Assembly: GCA_021735045.1 (NCBI GenBank)
Contig: JAIPHU010000006.1
Location: forward strand, 28,263 to 60,262
Direction: 5' to 3'
Length of the DNA stretch: 32,000 nt
Source: Candidatus Omnitrophota bacterium
GTDB lineage: Bacteria; Omnitrophota; Gorgyraeia; Duberdicusellales; 4484-171
The translations under genes were made by a program, and so were the position numbers. The stretch's first letter is position 1. The number at the start of each line of letters is the position of its first letter. The notes beneath the pieces were generated by a model. That model was not told where the DNA came from. It made no database searches and saw only the letters and a list, made by a program, of their open reading frames with translations. This document shows, piece by piece, positions 1 to 8,409 of this stretch.

Positions 1-750
1 GCTATAAGCCTAACTAACTACCAAAAATTAAATGAAAACTTTAAGGTAAAAGATATAGGCTTTGTCTTCAGTAAGCCTTTAATTAATAGTTTACGGATGC
101 AAAAAGATAAAAATGAGATAAGGTTAATAAAAAAGGCTGCTTCCGTCAGCTTAGAAGCTTTTGACTATGCTGGTGAAATTTTTCAACAAACTATGAGTGA
201 AAAAGATTTAGCCATTGAAATAGAACGTTTTTTAAAAATAAAGTCAGACAATAAAGTAGCCTTTCCGCCAATTGTAGCTTCCGGGAAAAATACCGTTTTT
301 GCTCACCATCAGCCAAAAGAAAACTTAATTAACAATTTTTTTCTAATTGACTTAGGCGCAATGCATTGTGGATATTGTGCTGACTTGACAAGGATATTTT
401 TTTGGGGTAAAATGCCCTCTCTTTTTCAAAAGGCTTACGATACAATAAAAAAAGCCCATGATACAGCAATCAGCAAGATAAAAGAAGGTAAAAAGGTTTC
501 AGAAATTGATAAAGTTGCGCGAGATATAGTTGAAAAAGAAGGTTTTGGCAGTTACTTTCTTCATGGTTTAGGCCATGGGGTTGGACTAGAAGTTCACGAA
601 CCACCTTATCTTAAGCCGAATCAAGACGAAACCTTAAAAGAGGGGATGGTAGTAACCATCGAACCCGGCATATACTATAAAAATCAATTTGGACTACGAT
701 TAGAAAATATGGTCGTAGTTCATTCAAAAAATGGTGAGGTAATAAGTTGA
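1..750 (+). CDS. pepP: Xaa-Pro aminopeptidase/dipeptidase (peptidase M24B), 5'-truncated by the window edge
   Basis: Frame 1 is open from base 1, with no stop before the listed ATG at 97, so the gene begins upstream of the window. C-terminal M24 signatures HGLGHGVGLEVHEPP and TIEPGIY are present. Confidence 0.85.
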   Translation, partial: AISLTNYQKLNENFKVKDIGFVFSKPLINSLRMQKDKNEIRLIKKAASVSLEAFDYAGEIFQQTMSEKDLAIEIERFLKIKSDNKVAFPPIVASGKNTVFAHHQPKENLINNFFLIDLGAMHCGYCADLTRIFFWGKMPSLFQKAYDTIKKAHDTAISKIKEGKKVSEIDKVARDIVEKEGFGSYFLHGLGHGVGLEVHEPPYLKPNQDETLKEGMVVTIEPGIYYKNQFGLRLENMVVVHSKNGEVIS

Positions 751-1307
751 GTATATCTGTATCCCAACTTAAGCCATCTCTTACGATTGAATACAACGGA
801 CAGCCCCATATAATTTTAGAGTCAGAACATGCCAAACTAGCCCGTGGCTCATCTTTTGTCCGGGCAAAAATAAAAAATTTAATCACCTCACAAGTATTAA
901 GTTGTACTTTACGTGATTCTGATAAAATCAATACAGCTTTTGTTGAAAGAAAAAAATTAATGTTTAGCTACAAAGAAGGGGAACGTTATCATTTCCTTGA
1001 TGTAGATAACTATCAGGATTTTATCCTAAATCAAACCGCAGTAGAAGATAAGGTTGGTTATCTTAAAGAAAATTTGGAACTAGCAGGACTATTTTATAAA
1101 GACAAACTAATTAATTTAGAACTTCCAACAGCCATTACTTTAGAAGTTGTTAAAACAAATCCTGGTTTTAAAGGAAATACGGTAAAATCCGGAACCAAAC
1201 CGGCTAAACTTGAAACTGGTTTAGCGGTAGAAGTCCCCTTATTTATAAAAAACGGGGACAAAATAAAGGTCGACACCCGAAAGGGAGAATATTTAGAACG
1301 AGCGTAA
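747..1307 (+). CDS. efp: Translation elongation factor P
   Basis: 186 aa with a TTG start overlapping the pepP stop (TTGA). Typical EF-P C-terminus KPAKLETGLAVEVPLFI..GDKIKVDTRKGEY. The loop that carries the modified residue reads KLARGSSF. Confidence 0.9.
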   Translation: MSISVSQLKPSLTIEYNGQPHIILESEHAKLARGSSFVRAKIKNLITSQVLSCTLRDSDKINTAFVERKKLMFSYKEGERYHFLDVDNYQDFILNQTAVEDKVGYLKENLELAGLFYKDKLINLELPTAITLEVVKTNPGFKGNTVKSGTKPAKLETGLAVEVPLFIKNGDKIKVDTRKGEYLERA

Positions 1308-1321
1308 AATACAACAATTAT

Positions 1322-1401
1322 TTGCAAATTTAAGTAATCAACGAATATACAAATCAGTTACGAATATACGCATTAATAAATTCTTATTCGTAAATTCGTC
1401 G
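1322..1401 (+). promoter_or_regulatory. Candidate accB promoter (TTGCAA-18 nt-TATACA) overlapped by four ACGAAT hexamers (two direct, two inverted)
   Basis: TTGCAA at 1322-1327 and TATACA at 1346-1351. ACGAATATAC occurs at 1341-1350 and 1360-1369; ATTCGT at 1386-1391 and 1394-1399. TTACGAAT (1358-1365) is the exact reverse complement of ATTCGTAA (1386-1393). Confidence 0.35.
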
Positions 1402-1434
1402 ATAATACCCAATTAACCAAACAGGGGGGACAGA

Positions 1435-1857
1435 ATGGATTTAAAAAAGCTAAAGAAATTTATAAAATTCATGAATGATAATAACTTAAGTGAATTAGAG
1501 ATAGAAGAAGGCAAACAACGAATCCGGCTCAAAAAATATGAGAGCCAGAAACCACAAGTATCTTACCAGCAAGCTCCAGAAAAAACAGAAGCAGAAACTA
1601 AAAAAGAAAAAGATGAAAATTTAATTGAAATAAAATCACCGATGGTAGGAACTTTTTATCGATCTCCTTCCCCCGGAGCCAAGCCTTATGCAGAAGTAGG
1701 TAAGGCTGTCGGAGAAGAAGATGTTATCTGTATTGTCGAAGCAATGAAAGTTATGAATGAAGTAAAAGCCGAAACAAATGGAAAAATAGCTCAGATTTTA
1801 GTTGAAGACGGCCAACCAGTTGAATTTGGACAAACACTTTTTACTGTTCACCCTTAA
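1435..1857 (+). CDS. accB: Acetyl-CoA carboxylase biotin carboxyl carrier protein
   Basis: 140 aa with the biotinyl-lysine motif EAMKVMNE near the C-terminus, a G-rich RBS (GGGGGGA) upstream, and accC immediately downstream. Confidence 0.9.
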   Translation: MDLKKLKKFIKFMNDNNLSELEIEEGKQRIRLKKYESQKPQVSYQQAPEKTEAETKKEKDENLIEIKSPMVGTFYRSPSPGAKPYAEVGKAVGEEDVICIVEAMKVMNEVKAETNGKIAQILVEDGQPVEFGQTLFTVHP

Positions 1858-1875
1858 ATAAAAAAAAGAGGAAAA

Positions 1876-3222
1876 ATGTTTTCAAAGATTTTAGTAGCCA
1901 ATCGCGGTGAAATTGCAATCAGGATATTACGAGCAGCTCGAGAATTAGGTATAAAAACAGTAGCTGTCTATTCTGAAGCTGATAAAAACTCGCTTCACCT
2001 AGCCTTTGCCGATGAAGCAATATGTATTGGTAAAGGCCCTGCTTCAGAAAGCTATCTAAATATCTCATCTATTATCAGCGCAGCTGAAATAACTGATTCA
2101 GATGCCATCCATCCTGGCTACGGCTTTCTAGCTGAGAATCCCCATTTTGCCGAAATCTGTGAATCCTGTGGAATTAAGTTTATTGGGCCTTCAGCTGAAA
2201 ATATCCGATTGATGGGTGATAAAATCCAAGCAAAAAAAACAATGCGCAAAGCTGGTGTACCTCTTATTCCAGGAAGTGATGATCGAGTTAACACAAAGGA
2301 AGAAGTAATAAAAGTTACAAAAGATATTGGATTCCCGGTAATTCTAAAAGCAAAATCTGGTGGTGGAGGTAAAGGGATGCGAATTTGCCATAGTGAAATA
2401 AGTTTAGCTGCATCTTTACATACTGCACAGACTGAAGCTGGCGCTGCTTTTGGAGACTCTGGGCTTTATGTAGAAAGATATCTAGAGAACCCCCGTCATA
2501 TCGAAATTCAAATAGCTGCTGATTCCCACGGTAATATGATTCACTTAGGCGAAAGAGATTGTAGTATCCAAAGAAACCATCAAAAAATAATAGAAGAATC
2601 TCCTTCCCCGATCATTGATAGTCATACTAGAAAAAAAATGGGCCAATATGCTTTACGGGGAGTAAAAGAAATTAACTATCAAAGTGTAGGAACTGTAGAA
2701 TTTTTGCTTGATAAAAACGGTAATTTTTATTTTATGGAAATGAACACAAGGATTCAGGTAGAACATACCATAACTGAAGAAGTAACCGGAGTTGATCTCC
2801 TGAAACTTCAAATTTTAATTGCTGCTGGCCAAAAGCTTCCTTTTAAACAGAGTGATATCAAAGTTAAAGGCCATGCGATTGAATGCCGGCTAAATGCCGA
2901 AGATCCAGAAAAAGATTTTAGGCCTTCTCCAGGTAAAATTGATTTTTGTTATTTTCCCGGAGGTAGAGACATAAGAGTTGACACTCATATTTATTCGGGT
3001 TATCATATTCCACCTCACTACGATTCACTTATTGGAAAGATAATTGCAAAAGGTAAAAACCGAAAAGATGCGATTAGTAAAATGAACCGAGCTTTAACTG
3101 AATTTTTGATTGAACCGATCAAAACAACAGCTGATTTTTGTCTTAAAGCAATGAATAATTCCGATTTTATAACTGGTAAATATAATACCGGTTTTTTAAA
3201 AAAATTTATGGACAAACAATAA
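1876..3222 (+). CDS. accC: Acetyl-CoA carboxylase biotin carboxylase subunit
   Basis: 448 aa with the ATP-grasp biotin carboxylase signatures ILVANRGEIAIRI, GGGGKGMR and MEMNTRIQVEH. Confidence 0.95.
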   Translation: MFSKILVANRGEIAIRILRAARELGIKTVAVYSEADKNSLHLAFADEAICIGKGPASESYLNISSIISAAEITDSDAIHPGYGFLAENPHFAEICESCGIKFIGPSAENIRLMGDKIQAKKTMRKAGVPLIPGSDDRVNTKEEVIKVTKDIGFPVILKAKSGGGGKGMRICHSEISLAASLHTAQTEAGAAFGDSGLYVERYLENPRHIEIQIAADSHGNMIHLGERDCSIQRNHQKIIEESPSPIIDSHTRKKMGQYALRGVKEINYQSVGTVEFLLDKNGNFYFMEMNTRIQVEHTITEEVTGVDLLKLQILIAAGQKLPFKQSDIKVKGHAIECRLNAEDPEKDFRPSPGKIDFCYFPGGRDIRVDTHIYSGYHIPPHYDSLIGKIIAKGKNRKDAISKMNRALTEFLIEPIKTTADFCLKAMNNSDFITGKYNTGFLKKFMDKQ

Positions 3223-3234
3223 AAGGAGGTAAGA

Positions 3235-3807
3235 ATGGGATTTCTAACTATTTTAATATATATTGTCTTATCTTTTAGTATCGGCACTCTTTTGGTTATA
3301 GTTCCCACCGGCATCCTTAATATTAAAGATGCTGCAAACTACCTAGACCAAAACACATTAGCTAATTTCTCCTCAAGCGCCACCTTGATTTTAATTGGCC
3401 TGATTATCATTCTCTTAGCTTTACGTTATATTCAAAAGATGGTCTTAAGCACCCGCCAAAATAAAAATATATCGCTTGAGTCAAAGGAAGGAAAAGTTAA
3501 TATCACTGTAGTGGCCGTTGAAGATATGTTAAAAAAAATGTTAGAAGAAAGAGATGAAGTTTCTCACATAAAAGTCAAGGTGAGCCTAAAGAAAAAAATA
3601 ATATCGGTACAAATTAAAGGTTACCTAAACTATGAAGTTAATTTAGTTGATTTTACAAAAGAAATACAGGAAAAAGTTAAAGAAAAATTGGAAATTCTTC
3701 TTGGTGAAGATAAAAAGGTTGAGGTAAATTTACAAATCCGTAAAATCACAATGTCTGATAAAAAAGAAAATAGAGAGGAGCCTGAAGTACCTTTTCGGCA
3801 TTATTAA
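3235..3807 (+). CDS. Membrane-anchored Asp23/AmaP-like (alkaline shock family) protein
   Basis: 190 aa. Two N-terminal hydrophobic helices are followed by a charged Asp23-like segment (KVNITVVAVEDML...KVEVNLQIRKI). A strong GGAGG RBS is present. The position after accBC is a common context for Asp23-family genes. The family assignment is from memory. Confidence 0.5.
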   Translation: MGFLTILIYIVLSFSIGTLLVIVPTGILNIKDAANYLDQNTLANFSSSATLILIGLIIILLALRYIQKMVLSTRQNKNISLESKEGKVNITVVAVEDMLKKMLEERDEVSHIKVKVSLKKKIISVQIKGYLNYEVNLVDFTKEIQEKVKEKLEILLGEDKKVEVNLQIRKITMSDKKENREEPEVPFRHY

Positions 3808-3869
3808 TAGATAAGATCTAATTAAAACTTTTAAACAAAAGAATAAGCATTAATACGAAAGGAGGTATC

Positions 3870-4895
3870 ATGAAGATTGGTATACTGACTGGCGGAGGAG
3901 ACTGCCCCGGATTAAACTCAGTTATTCGCGCAATAGTAAGAAAAGCTATTGACCAAGGAAATGAAGTAGTTGGAATAAAATACGGTTGGAAAGGATTGTT
4001 AGAAAAAACAACCACACCCTTAACATTACGATCGGTTTCGGGAATATTACCAAAAGGCGGTACAATGCTTGGCACCTCAAGGACTAACCCTTACAAACAA
4101 GAAGGCGGAAGCGAACTTGCCAAGAAAAACTTTAAAGAACTTGGCCTTGACGCCCTTGCTGCTATCGGAGGAGAAGATACGTTGGGAGTAGCTGCTAAAC
4201 TATGCTCAGAAGGATTAAATATCGTCGGAGTACCTAAAACAATCGACAATGACCTATCGGCCACCGATTTTACTTTTGGCTTTGATACTGCAGTAAATAT
4301 TGTTATGAACTGTATAGATAGGCTCCATACTACTGCAGAATCACACAATCGAATCATAGTAGTAGAGGTAATGGGCCGTCATGCTGGCTGGATTGCAACT
4401 CATGCTGGAATAGCTGGTGGAGCTGACTACATTCTAGTACCAGAGATACCAATAAATATGGATGAAGTTTGTCAATCGTTACAAGCCCGCCACAAAAGAG
4501 GAAAAAATTTTAGTATTGTAGTTGTCGCTGAAGGAGCTCAGTTTGGAAATGAAGACTTACAAACCCAAGAAAACAAATTAGACGAATTCGGCCATGTCCG
4601 GCTAGGTGGAATTGGGCATAAGGTAGGTAGCCTAATTGAAAAAAGAACAGGCTTTGAAACTAGAGTTACTGTATTAGGGCATATTCAACGGGGTGGCTCT
4701 CCTTCTGCTTTCGACCGAGTTTTGGGCACTCGTTATGGAGTAAAAGCCTATGAGCTAATCGAGACCAAGCAATTTGGTAAAATGGTTAGCCTAAAAGGAA
4801 ATAAAATTATAGCTGTATCTTTAGATGAGGCCACTGCTGAAATCAAAACTCTTGACCTAGATCTTTATAATCTATCTAAGATATTTTTTCGCTAA
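3870..4895 (+). CDS. pfkA: 6-phosphofructokinase (PFK-A family; phosphoryl donor uncertain, PPi-type residues present)
   Basis: 341 aa with MKIGILTGGGDCPGLN, IGGEDTLGVA, PKTIDNDL and GHIQRGG motifs, preceded by a GGAGG RBS. Confidence 0.9.
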   Translation: MKIGILTGGGDCPGLNSVIRAIVRKAIDQGNEVVGIKYGWKGLLEKTTTPLTLRSVSGILPKGGTMLGTSRTNPYKQEGGSELAKKNFKELGLDALAAIGGEDTLGVAAKLCSEGLNIVGVPKTIDNDLSATDFTFGFDTAVNIVMNCIDRLHTTAESHNRIIVVEVMGRHAGWIATHAGIAGGADYILVPEIPINMDEVCQSLQARHKRGKNFSIVVVAEGAQFGNEDLQTQENKLDEFGHVRLGGIGHKVGSLIEKRTGFETRVTVLGHIQRGGSPSAFDRVLGTRYGVKAYELIETKQFGKMVSLKGNKIIAVSLDEATAEIKTLDLDLYNLSKIFFR

Positions 4896-4908
4896 ACCCA
4901 AGCTTAAT

Positions 4909-5490
4909 ATGTTAACTGATATAGAAAGAATTATTTCAGAACACCAAGAGGCTCTAGAAGTTTTAAAAGGTCTCAGCAATAAGCTAGAAGAAATTGCTTC
5001 ACTTTGCCAGAAAGCTTTAGAAAACGGCAATAAAATAATTTTTTTTGGCAATGGAGGAAGTGCTGCTGACTCACAACACCTAGCTGCTGAGTTTGTCGGC
5101 CGTTTTCAAAAAAACCGCAGACCACTTGCTTCTTTAGCCTTATCGGTTAATAGTTCAATTTTAACTGCAGTAGGAAATGATTTTGGTTTTCAAAAAATAT
5201 TTAGCCGACAAATTAATTGTTTAGGCAAACCCGGCGATATTGCTTTTGGAATTTCAACTTCCGGTAACTCTCCAAACATCTTAGAAGCCTTAGGGGAAGC
5301 CAAAAAAAACGGGCTTCATACTGTTGCCTTTTTAGGAAAAGATGGTGGCAAAATAGCGACTCAAGTAGATTTACCTTTGATAGTTTCGGTGAAGCAAACC
5401 CCTCGAATTCAAGAAGCCCATATTTTAGCCGGTCATATAATTTGTGAATTAATCGAGGAAACAGTAATAACCAAAGAAAGTCATAAATAA
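4909..5490 (+). CDS. gmhA: D-sedoheptulose-7-phosphate isomerase (SIS domain)
   Basis: 193 aa with GNGGSAADSQHLAAEF and STSGNSPN, typical of GmhA. Confidence 0.85.
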   Translation: MLTDIERIISEHQEALEVLKGLSNKLEEIASLCQKALENGNKIIFFGNGGSAADSQHLAAEFVGRFQKNRRPLASLALSVNSSILTAVGNDFGFQKIFSRQINCLGKPGDIAFGISTSGNSPNILEALGEAKKNGLHTVAFLGKDGGKIATQVDLPLIVSVKQTPRIQEAHILAGHIICELIEETVITKESHK

Positions 5491-5540
5491 TTTTTGCGCA
5501 TTTGCATTTTTCCTGCCTAAATTTATTTTTGGTTTAAGCA

Positions 5541-6002
5541 ATGAAAAAAAACAAGGATATAAGTTCATTAAAAAAAATTACCTTGTCTCTTAAGAAACAA
5601 GGTAAAAAAATAGTTTTTGCCAACGGCTGTTTTGACTTGATTCATCCGGGTCATATTAAAATACTAAAAAAAGCTAAAGAAAGTGGAGATATCCTAATTG
5701 TTGGGCTAAATTCAGATGAGTCAGTAAAGATAAATAAAGGTAAAAAAAGGCCTCTCTTGAACCAAAAAGCTAGGGCCACTGTCTTATCAGCTATTCAGTA
5801 TATTGACTACATAGTAATTTTTGATCAAAAAACACCTTATGAGTTAATTAAAAAACTGAGGCCAGATATCTTAGTTAAAGGCCAAGATTGGCCCAAAAAC
5901 CAGGTAGTTGGCCGCAAAATAGCAAAAAAAGTGGTACAAATTAAAATGTCACCCGGATATTCAACTACAAATATAATTAATAAAATTAAAAAATATGGCT
6001 AA
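5541..6002 (+). CDS. hldC: D-glycero-beta-D-manno-heptose 1-phosphate adenylyltransferase (RfaE domain II type, stand-alone)
   Basis: 153 aa with the cytidylyltransferase-like motif FANGCFDLIHPGHIKIL, adjacent to gmhA. Confidence 0.8.
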   Translation: MKKNKDISSLKKITLSLKKQGKKIVFANGCFDLIHPGHIKILKKAKESGDILIVGLNSDESVKINKGKKRPLLNQKARATVLSAIQYIDYIVIFDQKTPYELIKKLRPDILVKGQDWPKNQVVGRKIAKKVVQIKMSPGYSTTNIINKIKKYG

Positions 6003-6438
6003 AAAAGAATACCTCACCATTATTGATGCTAACTTTAACCGCTGCAAGGAAGGGTTAAGAGTTGTTGAAGATATTTTCCGCTTTGGATTTAAAAATGATA
6101 AACTTAGAAAAAAAATAAGAAATCAACGCCACAAATTAGTAAAACTAGTGGGGCCAGTATTGATTCAAAAAGCAATACTTAAACGTAACTCAAAAAAAGA
6201 TTTAGGTAAAAAACTAGACACTCTTGAAAACAAAAGAGATACTTTATCCGACATATTATACGCAAACCTACAGAGAACAAAAGAATCTTTAAGAGTTTTG
6301 GAAGAATTTTCTAAAATAATCAATAAAAAAAATACTGCTAAAATAAAAAATTTACGCTATGGCATCTATGACCTTGAAAAAGAAATTATCCTCAAATGGC
6401 CTACTTTATCTAATTTTAGACAAACAGGCCGCAGATAA
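5995..6438 (+). CDS. Stand-alone homolog of the N-terminal extension domain found fused to ThiE in some bacteria
   Basis: 147 aa. IIDANFNRCKEGLRVVEDIFRF and LQRTKESLRVLEEFSK match the two-repeat pattern I recall from long ThiE N-termini. The 3' end overlaps thiE by 80 nt in another frame. Confidence 0.5.
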   Translation: MAKKEYLTIIDANFNRCKEGLRVVEDIFRFGFKNDKLRKKIRNQRHKLVKLVGPVLIQKAILKRNSKKDLGKKLDTLENKRDTLSDILYANLQRTKESLRVLEEFSKIINKKNTAKIKNLRYGIYDLEKEIILKWPTLSNFRQTGRR

Positions 6439-7021
6439 ACTTAATATCGGTATAGTTAATCTAGCTAAAAAACTAGCTTCTTCTAGCTTAGATTTAGTCC
6501 AATTAAGAGTCAAAAAAAATAATGACTTTGAATTCCTTAAGCTAGCTAAAGAACTTTCTGATTTATTTAAAAAAAATAAGAAAATTTTTCTTGTTAATGA
6601 CCGAGTTGATATCGCCTGCCTTGCAAAAACTGACGGCCTGCATCTAGGCAAAACAGATATACCCGTAGCAGAAGCAAAAAGGCTGCTAAATAAAGATAAA
6701 ATTATAGGAAGAACCATCCACCACTTAAAAGAACTAGAGTCTATCGATCAAAATAGTGTTGATTATTTAGCCTTAGGGCCTTTTTATAACTCAAAAACTA
6801 AACAAAACAACCGGCCACCTTTAAAAAATAACGAAATTAAACAAATAACCGCAAAAGCTAAAAAAGTATTATTTGCTATCGGAGGAATAAATCGATATAA
6901 TATAGGTTCTGTTTTAAAACATAAGATAAAAAATGTAGTAGTTTCATCAGCAATATTATCATCACCTAACCCATTTGACGAAATAAAGGAAATAAAAAAA
7001 TGTTTAAAAAAAGTTTCTTAA
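6359..7021 (+). CDS. thiE: Thiamine-phosphate synthase
   Basis: LYLILD start of the TIM-barrel core, VQLRVK, VNDRVDIA, GLHLG and FAIGGI motifs. The start is uncertain: ATG 6359, ATG 6368 and TTG 6374 are all upstream of LYLILD. Confidence 0.8.
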   Translation: MASMTLKKKLSSNGLLYLILDKQAADKLNIGIVNLAKKLASSSLDLVQLRVKKNNDFEFLKLAKELSDLFKKNKKIFLVNDRVDIACLAKTDGLHLGKTDIPVAEAKRLLNKDKIIGRTIHHLKELESIDQNSVDYLALGPFYNSKTKQNNRPPLKNNEIKQITAKAKKVLFAIGGINRYNIGSVLKHKIKNVVVSSAILSSPNPFDEIKEIKKCLKKVS

Positions 7022-8253
7022 AAGAACTCGCAAAGAAAGAAAAAGTAAGCTTGCCTTTTTTAGAAAAACAACTCCAATCCAAAAAAGCAGTAATCCCCCT
7101 AAATAAACAAAATCAACTAAGCAAACCCACTGTAATCGGAGAAGGCTTTAAAGTAAAAATTAACACTAATATTGGCACTTCATCAGAAAAACCTAAAGTT
7201 TCTGAAGAAATGAAAAAATTAGATACCGCAATAAAATACGGAAGCGATGCGGTTATGGACTTAAGCATCGGGAAAAATCCTTCTATTTTACGTAAAAAAA
7301 TTGTTGAAAAATCCGCTATACCCTTAGGTACCGTACCAATCTATGAAGCAGCTGTAAAAGCAGAGAAAAAAGAAGGAACTTTTGAAAAAATGTCTTTTGA
7401 CTGCATCTGGGAAACTTTAAAAAAACAAGCAAAAGAAGGCGTAGACTTTTTTACTATCCATTCAGGAATTTTAAAAAAATCAATAAAATATCTTAAAAAT
7501 AATAAACGTACCGGGGGCATAGTTAGCCGAGGTGGTGCAATTTTAGCACGTTGGATGTTTGTTAATGGAGAGGAAAATCCCGTTTATACAAATTTTGATA
7601 AAATTTTAGATTTAGCAAAAAAATATAATATTTCAATGAGCTTGGGTGACGCATTAAGGCCAGGGGCTATAGCAGACTCTACTGACAATCTCCAAATATC
7701 TGAGTTGCATGTTTTAGGAGAGTTAGTTAAAAAATGCTGGAAAAAAGGTGTTCAAGTTATGGTAGAAGGGCCAGGTCATATTCCAATCAACGAGATAGAA
7801 ATGAATATAAAATTACAAAAAAAGATATGCCATGGTGCACCTTTTTATGTTTTAGGCCCTTTACCTACCGACATTGCAGCTGGCTATGATCATATAACCT
7901 CTGCAATCGGAGGAACAGTAGCCGCTTATCATGGTGCAGACTTTCTTTGTGTTGTAACTCCGGCGGAGCATCTTCGCCACCCTGACATCAACGATATAAG
8001 AGATGGTGTAGTTGCTTCAAAGATAGCTGCTCATTCAGTAGATCTTTTAAGGTTTAAGGATGAATGGGATAAAGATAAAAAAATTTCTGGTTATCGAGCC
8101 CAAAGAAAATGGCAAAAAACTTTCCCTCTGACGCTCGATCAAAACAAAGCCAAAGATTACCACAAAGAGATAAAGCCTTCTGATGATATCTGTACTATGT
8201 GCGGAAAATTTTGTTCTTTAAAAATTATTGATAAGTGTGATCTGCTTAAATAG
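7000..8253 (+). CDS. thiC: Phosphomethylpyrimidine synthase (short, clostridial-type ThiC)
   Basis: 417 aa with TIHSG, MVEGPGH, LGPLPTDIAAGYDHI and the C-terminal Fe-S motif CTMCGKFCS. Confidence 0.95.
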   Translation: MFKKSFLKELAKKEKVSLPFLEKQLQSKKAVIPLNKQNQLSKPTVIGEGFKVKINTNIGTSSEKPKVSEEMKKLDTAIKYGSDAVMDLSIGKNPSILRKKIVEKSAIPLGTVPIYEAAVKAEKKEGTFEKMSFDCIWETLKKQAKEGVDFFTIHSGILKKSIKYLKNNKRTGGIVSRGGAILARWMFVNGEENPVYTNFDKILDLAKKYNISMSLGDALRPGAIADSTDNLQISELHVLGELVKKCWKKGVQVMVEGPGHIPINEIEMNIKLQKKICHGAPFYVLGPLPTDIAAGYDHITSAIGGTVAAYHGADFLCVVTPAEHLRHPDINDIRDGVVASKIAAHSVDLLRFKDEWDKDKKISGYRAQRKWQKTFPLTLDQNKAKDYHKEIKPSDDICTMCGKFCSLKIIDKCDLLK

Positions 8254-8260
8254 TATCATC

Positions 8261-8334
8261 CTAAGGCACTGCGCTAAAGAATTCGGCTTAGGGCCGCTGA
8301 AAATAAAGGTATTCGCTAAATAATTTCATTTTCA
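8261..8334 (+). repeat. 74-nt two-hairpin element, degenerate copy 1
   Basis: Aligns over its full length with 8410-8483, differing at a handful of positions that mostly weaken the stems formed by copy 2. Confidence 0.8.
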
Positions 8335-8409
8335 ATGAGACTTAGCTTTTTCAAAGAAAAAGATTTAGTCGAATTGATTTCGAACAAAGTGAGAAATCTT
8401 ATTTAGGTT

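Noticed and set aside
5491-7000. A TPP riboswitch upstream of thiE/thiC.
   Set aside because: No CTGAGA...ACCTGATCTGGATAATGCCAGCG-like core was seen. The thi genes have no free leader, because they overlap upstream genes.
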